64,000 bases of DNA from Nitrospirota bacterium (GTDB lineage: Bacteria > Nitrospirota > UBA9217). The notes under the pieces are model-generated. The model saw nothing but the letters and a program-made list of their open reading frames with translations. It did not search any database and was not told the DNA's origin. Positions 20,394-31,358 of this stretch are shown here, piece after piece (positions within the stretch are counted from its first letter, which is position 1; the number at the start of each line of letters is the position of its first letter). The translations under genes and the position numbers were made by a program. The stretch spans positions 72,748 to 136,747 of the forward strand of contig CAWCKW010000001.1 in assembly GCA_963796285.1 (NCBI GenBank), in the 5' to 3' direction.

Positions 20394-21740
20394 CTATTTT
20401 GCGGTTGTACCGCCATACCGCTCATTGTAGAACTTCTGGATCTTGTCAAGCTGCTCTTTGGTCATGCCCTTGGTATACCACTCGTGCCTGACATCGGTCT
20501 CGAGGTATTGTTTCACGATCTCGTTATAGAGCTCCGGACCGGCAACGTTCTTTACCTCGGGCAGGAACTCGGTATAGAAGTTCTTGGCCACATCATAGAT
20601 ACCATGCCACCACGCATAATCGGGGCCGGACATGGCCGCGCCGTGCCTTGCTCTTCTGCCTTCATGGTGCCACAGCTCCCAGTATATCCAGTCCAGCTTG
20701 TCGTCGAAATTCGCCTTTGTAAGCTTGCCCTTGTCCATCAGTTCCTGCCTGATCGCGGTCGCGGGTTTTGCGAATTTGTCGTCATACAGATTGACAAGAT
20801 TATCGAACTGTTTATAGAACCCTTCCACGAAGGGCGTTGAATGGCAGCTGTTACAGACGTTCTGCATGGCAGCGCGCTTTTTATCCGCGTTCTCCATCTT
20901 CTTCGAAATGGGCGGCCGAAGCGTCCAGCTGATCCGGGCGCCTACGTCATGGGTCACTGCCTGGGTCGGCGTGGCGCTCATATGGCAGGTGGCGCAGGTG
21001 GGGGCGGCGGAATAATCCTGTCCAACGACCCACTTGTCCTTGTGCATGTTCATCCGTTCCTTGTTGGCCTCGTAAAGGATCCCGTGCTTTGATTCCTGAT
21101 ATACTTCCATCTGCGGATGGTCAGGGCCGAGATGGCATTTACCGCAGGTCTGGGGTTCTCGTGCCTGCGCTTTTGAGAAACTGTGGCGCGCATGGCAGGC
21201 CGAGCAGGACCCCTTGGAGCCGTCGGGGTTTATTCTGCCGATGCCCGTGTTCGGCCAGCTATTGGTGTCGAGCTTACCATTTGCCAGGACCTTGACAATA
21301 CCTCCATGGCACTGCAGACAGCCGACCGCAACGGCCTCCTGTCCACCCACGACCTCGCCGAGATAGTTGTCCGCGGAATTGAGGATGTCCCCGGCTTTGG
21401 CATGGTGGCTCTCGGTCATCTCCTTTTCTTCCTTAGCGTGGCATTTGCCGCAGTCCTTGGGAGTGACGAGGATCGCGATCGTATATCCATTGTGCTCCAT
21501 GGCATCAGGATCGGACTTCTCCGCCTTGTGGCAGGTGTAGCAGTCTACGCCTTTTGCCGCGTGGGTGCTCAGCTTCCATTCCGTGACAAAGGCTGGTGAC
21601 TGTGCCTCGTGACAACCTATGCAGGCCTGACCTTCTTTTGATACTTTTAGCTTTGCCGCTTCGCCCGACCCGGCATGGAACGTCATGACCATGCTGAGCA
21701 CCACTGATAGAACAATGATCGATACCTGGTTCCTTTTCAT
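20394..21740 (-). CDS. Octaheme c-type cytochrome, hydroxylamine oxidoreductase (HAO)-like family
   Basis: Signal peptide; 8 CxxCH motifs (CIGCH, CYTCH, CGKCH, CLQCH, CSACH, CGKCH, CATCH, CNSCH); GPDHPQ and HHEGRRARHGAAM..PDY.WWHG. Confidence 0.88.
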   Translation of the reverse strand: MKRNQVSIIVLSVVLSMVMTFHAGSGEAAKLKVSKEGQACIGCHEAQSPAFVTEWKLSTHAAKGVDCYTCHKAEKSDPDAMEHNGYTIAILVTPKDCGKCHAKEEKEMTESHHAKAGDILNSADNYLGEVVGGQEAVAVGCLQCHGGIVKVLANGKLDTNSWPNTGIGRINPDGSKGSCSACHARHSFSKAQAREPQTCGKCHLGPDHPQMEVYQESKHGILYEANKERMNMHKDKWVVGQDYSAAPTCATCHMSATPTQAVTHDVGARISWTLRPPISKKMENADKKRAAMQNVCNSCHSTPFVEGFYKQFDNLVNLYDDKFAKPATAIRQELMDKGKLTKANFDDKLDWIYWELWHHEGRRARHGAAMSGPDYAWWHGIYDVAKNFYTEFLPEVKNVAGPELYNEIVKQYLETDVRHEWYTKGMTKEQLDKIQKFYNERYGGTTAK

Positions 21741-22262
21741 ACATTGACCCTCCTTTTCCTTGGTTTATCTATTTTGATCAGCCCGGTGGCTTGCTCACTG
21801 TTCTCTAAATGACAATACGCTGTAGTGAGGAACCATGTTATAATGTGGTTATTATTGTTTCTTTTGCCCGGAGGCTGAATTGGTACGTACCCTATATGAA
21901 GGCCCCTCGTTATAGGGTGGCTTGGCTGAAAAATGAATAACAATCGCAATGGGAACGCACCTTATTGCACAAACGAACAGAAAAGTCATCATACCTCACG
22001 CCTCAGTATGTGCAGTGTGTTCCGGTATGCGAAGAATCGTAACAAATCAAGTGTAGCATAAATTTTTTTATGTTATTTGAAATCACCAGTCAAGCCCTTC
22101 TCGAAATGAAGACCTATTTTCTTAGCATAAAACGCATGCCGATGGCTATGATATGCATCATAGGTCCTGACCCTGGGCGCCTGATGTGGTTGGACAAGCG
22201 TGGATTTTGCCTTGACTTTGAAGTGCTTATGCACTATATTATGCTCCGTAGAGGAGGTCTGT

Positions 22263-22559
22263 ATGACCAAAGCAGATATCATCTCAGAAGTTTTTGACAA
22301 GGTTGGCTTGCCGAAGCAGGAAGCGGAAGAATTGGTGGAGATGATTCTGGATATGATCAAGCTGGTCCTGAAAGAGGGCGAGACGGTGAAACTTTCGGGA
22401 TTCGGCAACTTCGTGGTCCGGAAGAAGAACTCGAGAAAAGGCCGTAATCCGAAGACAGGCCAAGAGATCGAGATCACGCCACGGAGCGTCGTTAGCTTCA
22501 GACCCAGCATGATTTTCAAAGAGCATGTCATCGAATCCCCAACAACAACAGTCGAGTAA
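22263..22559 (+). CDS. ihfA: Integration host factor alpha subunit
   Basis: MTKADI, VKLSGFGNF, GRNPKTG; upstream of merR-tRNA-Pro as is typical. Confidence 0.92.
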   Translation: MTKADIISEVFDKVGLPKQEAEELVEMILDMIKLVLKEGETVKLSGFGNFVVRKKNSRKGRNPKTGQEIEITPRSVVSFRPSMIFKEHVIESPTTTVE

Positions 22560-22857
22560 GCTCTTTTACCGGATCGGTGAGGTCAGCCGCTTGTCCGGGC
22601 TGGAACAGTACGTACTGCGCTACTGGGAAAGCGAGTTCCCTCAACTCAAACCGAACAAGGGTAAATCGGGACAACGCCTCTATAGTAAAAAAGATTTAGA
22701 CACTGTTCTCCAGATAAAGCAATTACTCTATAAAGACGGGTACACGATCTCCGGCGCACGGAAAAAAATGAACGGCAAAGGGGACCGGGAGGTCCTTGAG
22801 TCGGTTATTGAGACGGCCAAGACGGAGCTGAAGGAGATACTGGAAATTTTAAAATAG
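22525..22857 (+). CDS. MerR-family HTH regulator
   Basis: YRIGEVS, VLRYWESEF, GQRLY, GYTISGA. Confidence 0.9.
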   Translation: MSSNPQQQQSSKLFYRIGEVSRLSGLEQYVLRYWESEFPQLKPNKGKSGQRLYSKKDLDTVLQIKQLLYKDGYTISGARKKMNGKGDREVLESVIETAKTELKEILEILK

Positions 22858-22864
22858 ATTTTTC

Positions 22865-22922
22865 AAGTCAAGGCTCAAAGTGCAAATGAGATAGTTGGAT
22901 TTTGTCATTTAGATTTTGATTC
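22865..22922. repeat. 7-nt-period inverted-repeat element
   Basis: AAGTCAA-GGCTCAA-AGTGCAA versus TTGGATT-TTGTCAT-TTAGATT-TTGATT. Confidence 0.6.
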
Positions 22923-22928
22923 ATATAT

Positions 22929-23005
22929 CGGGGCGTGGCGCAGCCTGGTAGCGTACTCGCTTGGGGTGCGAGTGGTCGGCCGTTCAAATCGGCTCGCCCC
23001 GACCA
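22929..23005 (+). tRNA. tRNA-Pro(GGG)
   Basis: CGGGGCG/CGCCCCG acceptor stem; CTCGC-TTGGGGT-GCGAG anticodon arm; TTCAAAT T-loop; CCA end. Confidence 0.97.
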
Positions 23006-23013
23006 ATTGTTGA

Positions 23014-23044
23014 AAGGCCCGGAAAACCTCCGGGCCTTTTTTTT
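23014..23044 (+). terminator. Rho-independent terminator
   Basis: AAGGCCCGGA-AAACC-TCCGGGCCTT followed by a T run. Confidence 0.85.
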
Positions 23045-23151
23045 ACTCAACCAGGGAAGCGGGAAGTTCTGTTTGGCAATATTTGCCGGATCCAGTCGGA
23101 TGTCAACACCGGACCGTCCTGTCAATCCTATATCTGTCAGAGGTGTGATCC

Positions 23152-23928
23152 ATGATCCTCGTAACGAACGACGACGGCGTATACTCCCCCGGAATCCAGG
23201 TCCTCGCCAAGCATTTGCGGGAACTCGACACCGTGGTGATCGTTGCCCCTGACCGGGAACGGAGCGCGGCGGGCCATTCGATGACGCTCCACCGGCCGCT
23301 CCTGATCGAAGAGATCAAGGAGTCGATGTACAGCGTCAATGGTACAACAACGGACTGCGTGAACATGGCGGTCAAGGGTTTGCTCAAAGAAACGCCGCGG
23401 CTCGTGGTCTCCGGCATCAACAAGGGGCCGAACCTTGGGGACGATGTGACCTATTCGGGGACTGTTGCGGGGGCCATCGAAGGCATCCTGCTGGGGATCC
23501 CTTCCCTGGCCATTTCACTCAACGGGCGCGAGAATTTCCGTTTTGCCGAGGCAGCGGAGGTGGCCCTCTGTACTGCCCGGCGGATGCTTGAACAGGGGAT
23601 GCCCGCAGGCACGCTCCTCAATATCAATGTTCCGAACCTTCCGCTCTCCGAGGTGGTGGGGACGCGCATTACCCGGCTCGGCAAACGCATTTATCACCAG
23701 ATGACCGTGGAACGCATTGACCCGAGAGGAAAGAAATACTATTGGATCGGGGGCGGCGAGCCGGATTGGGAGCGGGAGGAGGGCACGGATTTCGACGCTG
23801 TTGACCGCAAGATGGTCTCGATCACGCCGATTCACCTCGACATGACGGACTACGCTTCGTTCGACAGGATGAAATCCATGGAAACAATGTCCTATGCACA
23901 GCCGTTGAATCGCAGGAGCACCGAGTGA
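23152..23928 (+). CDS. surE: 5'/3'-nucleotidase SurE
   Basis: ILVTNDDG, VVSGINKGPNLG, YSGTVAGA. Confidence 0.96.
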   Translation: MILVTNDDGVYSPGIQVLAKHLRELDTVVIVAPDRERSAAGHSMTLHRPLLIEEIKESMYSVNGTTTDCVNMAVKGLLKETPRLVVSGINKGPNLGDDVTYSGTVAGAIEGILLGIPSLAISLNGRENFRFAEAAEVALCTARRMLEQGMPAGTLLNINVPNLPLSEVVGTRITRLGKRIYHQMTVERIDPRGKKYYWIGGGEPDWEREEGTDFDAVDRKMVSITPIHLDMTDYASFDRMKSMETMSYAQPLNRRSTE

Positions 23929-24567
23929 TCAACTTTGAAAAGGAACGCAGCGGATGGTAGACGAACAGATCGTCTACCGGGGGGTAAAGGACGAGCGTGT
24001 TCTCACGGCCATGCGCAAAATACCCCGCCATGAGTTCCTGCCCGAGGCCATCCGCGGCATGGCATATACTGACAATGCCCTCCCGCTGGGCGAAAGCCAG
24101 ACAATGTCCCAGCCCTATATGGTTGCGCTCATGACCGAGTTACTTGGCCTCAAGGGCCCGGAACGGGTACTCGAGATCGGGACGGATCAGGCTACCAGGC
24201 TGCGGTACTTGCCGAGTTGTGCGAAAAGGTCTACACGGTGGAGCGCATAAAGTCCCTGGCTGACAAGGCCCGGGCAACACTCGACCGACTGGGATATAAA
24301 AGTGTTGCGATAAAAATTTACGACGGCACCTACGGCTGGAAGGAGATGGCGCCCTTTGACGCGATCATGGTGACCGCGGGCTCACCCGATATACCGGCGC
24401 CTCTTGTGGAACAGCTCAAAGAGGGCGGCAGGATGGTGATCCCGGTGGGGGAGCGGTATGGACAAGAACTTTTCACGGTAGTCAAGACCGCGGAAGGCAT
24501 GGTCACCTCACGGAGCATCCCGTGCGTATTCGTTCCACTGATCGGCAACCACGGGTGGAAAGAGTAG
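23925..24567 (+). CDS. pcm: Protein-L-isoaspartate O-methyltransferase (frameshifts near 23950 and 24185)
   Basis: IPRHEF, QTMSQPYMVA, VLEIGT, APFDAIMVTAG, FVPLIG; follows surE. Confidence 0.9.
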
Positions 24568-24573
24568 GTCCCG

Positions 24574-25169
24574 TCACGGCACTGCGGCCTTCTTCGTCCG
24601 GTTTTTCCCAAGAAACTCATACCCCAAGGACAATGCCAGTGCAATAAACGTCCCCAGAAACGCGCCCACCAGAACATCCGTCGGATAATTGACCCCCAGA
24701 TACATCCTGGAGAACGCGATCAGCAATGCAAGAACAAGCGGATACGTCCTCCACGCATTTGCAATAAACTCCCGGGTCAGGTAAAAGAGAGGTATTGCAA
24801 AGGCAAATGAGCTTATCGCATGACCGGACGGCATGGAGTATGATTTCGGGCATGCGATAATGAGCCGGATCCCCTCAATCGCCCTGCACGGCCTTTCACG
24901 GGCAACAGCGTTCTTCAACACATCCTCCGCCCATTCCGCGAGAAAGACAGCGCAGCAGGATATCGCGATGGTCCAGAGCGCCGCTGTCAGATATCCTTTC
25001 CCCTCGAATTTACCTGCGTACGACCTCTTACGAACATATAGAGCAGAAAGGGGAGGATCAGGAGATAGCCCTGATAGGAGAGTGCCGGCATCAAAATATC
25101 GAACAGAGTATTTTCAGTGCCGTGATTGATCAGGAGAAGCAGCTGTGTGTCCAGGGATTGGATAGTCAT
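24574..25169 (-). CDS. PAP2-family phosphatase (frameshift near 24990)
   Basis: K..ARERP, SMPSGHA, SRMYLGVNYPTDV. Confidence 0.82.
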
Positions 25170-25181
25170 GGGTAGGCATCG

Positions 25182-25535
25182 CTACGAACTTTTCGCGCAG
25201 CACTTGATGATATTCGTATCGCTCACCTCAATGAGCCCGCGTTCGACGACGGAACCGATCTCTGCCAGGATGATATTGATCATTTCCTCTGAATCCACAA
25301 TTTCGATTTTGACCGGGAGCGTGGTGGAGAGCTCCAGGATCTTGGCGGTATGGAGTTTGCCATGGCTCCCGTAACCTGCAACACCACGGAACACGCTGGC
25401 CCCGGCTATTTTCCTTTGCGCCAGAATGTCCAAAATCGCTTCATACACGGGCTTGCCGTGGAGCTTGTCGGTTTCATCGATGTAGATCGTCAGCTTTTTT
25501 GCCGGGCCGGTATTGAGCATGGGATACTCCTTCAT
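25182..25535 (-). CDS. DUF190 (PII-like) protein
   Basis: IYIDETD, IAGASVFRGVAGYG, LSTTLPVKIEIVD; typical crcB neighbour. Confidence 0.9.
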   Translation of the reverse strand: MKEYPMLNTGPAKKLTIYIDETDKLHGKPVYEAILDILAQRKIAGASVFRGVAGYGSHGKLHTAKILELSTTLPVKIEIVDSEEMINIILAEIGSVVERGLIEVSDTNIIKCCAKSS

Positions 25536-25569
25536 TAAATCATGATGAACTCATAAATGTCATAATCCA

Positions 25570-25652
25570 CTCGCAGAGGCGCTGAGACACTGAGAAATTC
25601 ATAGTTAACAATAAGAAAGATTTTCTCTGCGTCTCTCGCGTCTCGGCGGTTA
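25570..25652. repeat. 9-nt-period inverted-repeat element (empty)
   Basis: CTCGCAGAGGCGCTGAGACACTGAGAA versus TTCTCTGCGTCTCTCGCGTCTCGGCGGTT. Confidence 0.7.
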
Positions 25653-25677
25653 AATCTCGAATTGTCACGTTCATCAA

Positions 25678-26052
25678 TTATATGCTCTTCGCGATCACCT
25701 CACCGAGCTTCAATGCGATAAACCCGGCGGAGACGCTCAACACGACATTTAATCCCGCGATCAGCCATTCGCTGTCTTTCAGGAGCGCGCCGGTTTCGTA
25801 CTCGAAGGTGGAGAAGGTGGTATACGCGCCGAGAAATCCCACGACGAGCAGCAATCGCCATTGCGGGTTCACCATGAACCGTTCGGTGAAGAGTGACATG
25901 AGCAGGCCGATGAGGAAGCTGCCGCTCACGTTGATCACGAATGTGCCGAGGGGAAAGCTGCGGCCCCACCGCTGGCCGATCCAGAGGGCGACACCGTACC
26001 GCGTGATCGCGCCGAGGAAGCCACCTATGCCTATGATGAAGATATTTGCCAT
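25678..26052 (-). CDS. crcB: Fluoride channel CrcB/FluC
   Basis: GGFLGAITRY, FPLGTFVINVSGSF, GFLGAYTTFSTF. Confidence 0.96.
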   Translation of the reverse strand: MANIFIIGIGGFLGAITRYGVALWIGQRWGRSFPLGTFVINVSGSFLIGLLMSLFTERFMVNPQWRLLLVVGFLGAYTTFSTFEYETGALLKDSEWLIAGLNVVLSVSAGFIALKLGEVIAKSI

Positions 26053-26528
26053 CGTTATCCCTGTCCCTGATTGTTCCATTCATAGCAGAAGGCACGCCTC
26101 AAGTCAATGAAAATGGTCATCCATTTCACGATCGGAAACTTATGCTAAGAGGATATCAACCATAGGCCTCAGGCAGGATCCGTGCAGAATAAATACCTTG
26201 AATCCGGAATATCCGGTTCTTTCGCGCATACAGTGAATGTCGAAACCTGTCACAAAAACTCAAATCCCGCGCGAGCCTGCCCTCGAATGTAATAATAGGT
26301 ATGACGAAACAACCAACAATGAGGAACTCTGTCGGCAAGCAGTGTGCCCACGAGAAGGAACGCCGCGGCAGTGAGGATGGTGGCAGGCCGTGTGGAGATA
26401 TCATCTACGATAGCACTGCTTGGAGCCGTCAGTCTTGCCGATTTTCGGCCAACGGGCGCTTGACTTTGGTGCGTATTGAATGCTATTATCCAGCCTGTTT
26501 TGCATCAATTCAAGAGGGGTAGGGCCAC

Positions 26529-28412
<1,884 letters not shown>

Positions 28413-28430
28413 TTTTTTTTTGAGGTTCTC

Positions 28431-28598
28431 ATGAAATGCAAGACCTGCGGCAAGGAAGTCGAGCTCCGGATCGGTTGACGCACGATCACCTTTCGCTGCA
28501 CGGTGTGCGGCAAGGATTTTTCGATCAAGGAGTATGCGGACCAGATCGATGAAGAGATGTGGGAAAAGATCTCCCGCCGTCCCTGCAACCGCGCGTGA
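28431..28598 (+). CDS. Small dual-CxxC selenoprotein, 55 aa (Sec at TGA 28476-28478)
   Basis: MKCKTCGKEVELRIG-U-RTITFRCTVCGKDF...RRPCNRA; GAGG SD; GCTGCAC-GGT-GTGCGGC SECIS-like hairpin; lies next to selD. Confidence 0.8.
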
Positions 28599-28684
28599 AG
28601 CCCTGTACCTGTTGTATTACTAGCCCTTCAGGCAATTCTTTGCCTCTTTCCTTAGCGATGCATACTGCCTATGCCAAAATTAAG

Positions 28685-28713
28685 TTGACATTCTCATAAA
28701 AACATATTAATCT
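28685..28713 (+). promoter_or_regulatory. Putative sigma70 promoter of arsR-selD-tauE
   Basis: TTGACA-17 nt-TAATCT. Confidence 0.5.
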
Positions 28714-28762
28714 TTGCATGTAATTTGTTATTTGCTTTTTTCAAGCAGTGTGAGGTTACCCC

Positions 28763-29104
28763 GTGATCCCGATCGATAAACGGATTGATCTGCTAAGAAT
28801 GATCGCTCATCCTGTTCGCATCCAGATCCTCGAAGACCTGATGCAGGGCGTGAAGTGCGTGAGCGACTTCGAGGAATCGCTCGACATCAGCCAGCCGAAC
28901 GTATCTCAGCACCTGAGTCTCCTGCGCACGAACGGGGTCATCGATTTTTTCATAGATGGCAGGCTCAAATGCTACTTCCTCAAAGAACCTCTGGTTCCCG
29001 ACCTGCTTGCACTTCTCAAAAAAGAATATGACGAGGACATCCCCGCCCCGGCTTGCTGCCCGGTAACCAGGAAGGGCACCTATCCCGGCGGGAGAAGACG
29101 ATAG
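28763..29104 (+). CDS. ArsR/SmtB-family metalloregulator
   Basis: AHPVRIQIL, KCVSD, SQPNVSQHLSLLR; C-terminal ACCP. Confidence 0.9.
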   Translation: MIPIDKRIDLLRMIAHPVRIQILEDLMQGVKCVSDFEESLDISQPNVSQHLSLLRTNGVIDFFIDGRLKCYFLKEPLVPDLLALLKKEYDEDIPAPACCPVTRKGTYPGGRRR

Positions 29105-29145
29105 AGTATCGTAGATTCACCATACAGAAGGGAGGACAGACAAAA

Positions 29146-30192
29146 ATGGAAATCAAACTCACACAACTTTCCAGCTGCGCTGGTTGAGCGGCAAAGTTCA
29201 GCCCTGCTGAACTGTCCCAGGTACTGGGACAATTGCCGAAGATCATGGACCCGAATGTGCTTGTGGGCTATTCGAATGCAGACGATGCGGGTGTTTACCG
29301 CGTATCGGACGACCTTGCGATGGTCTTTACCGCTGATTTTTTCACTCCCATCGTCGATGACCCGTACTGGTTCGGTGCGATCGCGGCCGCAAACTCGCTG
29401 TCCGATGTCTACGCGATGGGCGGGAAGCCGCTCGTCTCCCTGAACATCGCATCGCTTCCCCCGGGCCCGGAGTTCGTCGAGATCAACAAACGGATCATGC
29501 AGGGCGGCATCGACAAGATGACCGAGGCCGGGGTCGCCATCATCGGCGGTCATACGGTCAAGGACAAGGAGCCGAAATTCGGATATGCCGTGCTGGGTTC
29601 CATCCATCCCGATAAAATACTCGATAACGCAAAAGCGAGGCCGGGTGATGCCCTGATCCTGACCAAGATGATCGGCACCGGCGTGATCTCAACAGGGATC
29701 AAGTCCGGGAAATGCAGCGCAGCGACCGCGGACGCGTTCACCAAATCGATGGCAATGCTGAATAAACGTGCGGGCGAGATCATGCTCGAAGTGGGCGTCA
29801 GTACGGCCACGGACATCACGGGCTTCGGTCTGATCGGCCATTTGAACGAGGTGCTCACTGCGAGCAAATGCTCGGCCAGACTCCACGCGCGCCGCGTCCC
29901 TGTTTTCGAGGAGGCGGTAACGTTGGCAGAGAAGGGCGTGGTGCCGGGCGGCACGAAGGGCAATTTGCAGAACTATGATCCTTTTGTAGAGTGGAGCAGC
30001 GATGTTTCCATGACCGATCGTCTCCTGATGAACGACGCACAAACGTCAGGCGGTCTATTGATATTCGTGCCTCAGGTCAGAAAGAACAAGCTCATTATGG
30101 CCCTGCAGAAAGAGCATATCCTGGCGGCCCATATCGGCGATGTGCTCGAAGAAGATGAAAAAGGACCAAAGCGGATCTTCGTGGTGAAATAA
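29146..30192 (+). CDS. selD: Selenide, water dikinase (selenophosphate synthetase), itself a selenoprotein (TGA 29185-29187)
   Basis: MEIKLTQLSSCAG-U-AAKFSP is in frame with DDAGVY, DFFTPIVDDP, AANSLSDVYAMGG, TDITGFGL, DAQTSGGLL; GGAGG SD. Confidence 0.95.
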
Positions 30193-30972
30193 ATGGACGC
30201 CACCTTTACGGTCTTTCTGGCACTGGTCGGCGCATCCGTCGGTTTTCTCTCGGGCCTGCTCGGGATAGGCGGAGGCATCGTCATGTTTCCGCTCTTGCTC
30301 TACGTGCCGCCGCTTCTGGGTTTCAGCGGAATAGATGTTAAAAGCATCACCGGGCTCACGATGATCCAGGGCTTTTTCTCCGCGCTCACGGCGATGTTCT
30401 ACTACAAAAAGAACGCCCTGGTGAATAAATCACTGGTCCTTACGCTCGGCTTTTCCCTGTTTCTGTCATCGCTGATCGGCGCGCTGGTGTCGAAGAAGAT
30501 ACCGGACGGACCTCTGCTTATGGTCTTCGCGACGCTGGCATTGATCGCGGCGGCGATGATGCTCATTCCCCGAAGTTACCATCAGGACGAACTGACCGAG
30601 GAACACGTTGTTTTCCACAGGACCACCGCGATCGTGATCGGCATTGTCCTCGGCTTTTCCATCGGCCTGGTAGGGCAGGGCGGCGCGTTCATACTGATAC
30701 CTACCATGTTGTATGTGCTGAAGATCCCGCTCCGGGTGGCCCTCGGCAGCACGCTCGCGATCGGGCTTTTCTCGTCCTCGGCAGGATTGGTCGGGAAGAT
30801 CGCTACCAGCCAGGTGCCGTTTCTCATGGCGCTGCCGCTTCTTGCCGGCGCGATCCCCGCCGCACGGTTTGGCAGTATTGTCGGCAAGAAGACGAACACT
30901 CAGTTTCTCCGGTGGCTGCTCGCGGCCATCATCTTTGCCACTGCAGTGAAAGTCTGGAGCGCTATTATTTAA
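30193..30972 (+). CDS. TauE/SafE sulfite-exporter-family membrane protein
   Basis: GFLSGLLGIGGG and GLVGQGGAFILIP repeats; about 8 TM segments. Confidence 0.9.
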   Translation: MDATFTVFLALVGASVGFLSGLLGIGGGIVMFPLLLYVPPLLGFSGIDVKSITGLTMIQGFFSALTAMFYYKKNALVNKSLVLTLGFSLFLSSLIGALVSKKIPDGPLLMVFATLALIAAAMMLIPRSYHQDELTEEHVVFHRTTAIVIGIVLGFSIGLVGQGGAFILIPTMLYVLKIPLRVALGSTLAIGLFSSSAGLVGKIATSQVPFLMALPLLAGAIPAARFGSIVGKKTNTQFLRWLLAAIIFATAVKVWSAII

Positions 30973-31358
30973 GTTCATTCAAAACAACGAATGCAACAGG
31001 TTTTACGAGAACGCTTGCATCATTCCCCTTTTAAACCTACTTTAACCGCAATAAGATGGGATTTTTCTTTTGCGTTGAATTCCATTCATCGGGAGCTCGT
31101 CATTCCAGTATATATTCATCCGCTTTTATCATTTGTTCGTCCGATGCTTTCCGTGTCCAAATTCTTTTTTCAGGTTGATCCGCTTGTTCACTCATCTCTT
31201 TTTTTCCGGCGGAAAAATGATTGTCCGCGCCATTCGGCTGCGATGCACGTGAGACTGTACAATATCCCTTGATGATGATACAATTAGCAGGATGAACAAA
31301 AAAGCAACAGACTGTTATTATTCGATTTCCGCTAGCGATATAACGACGGAGGAATACG

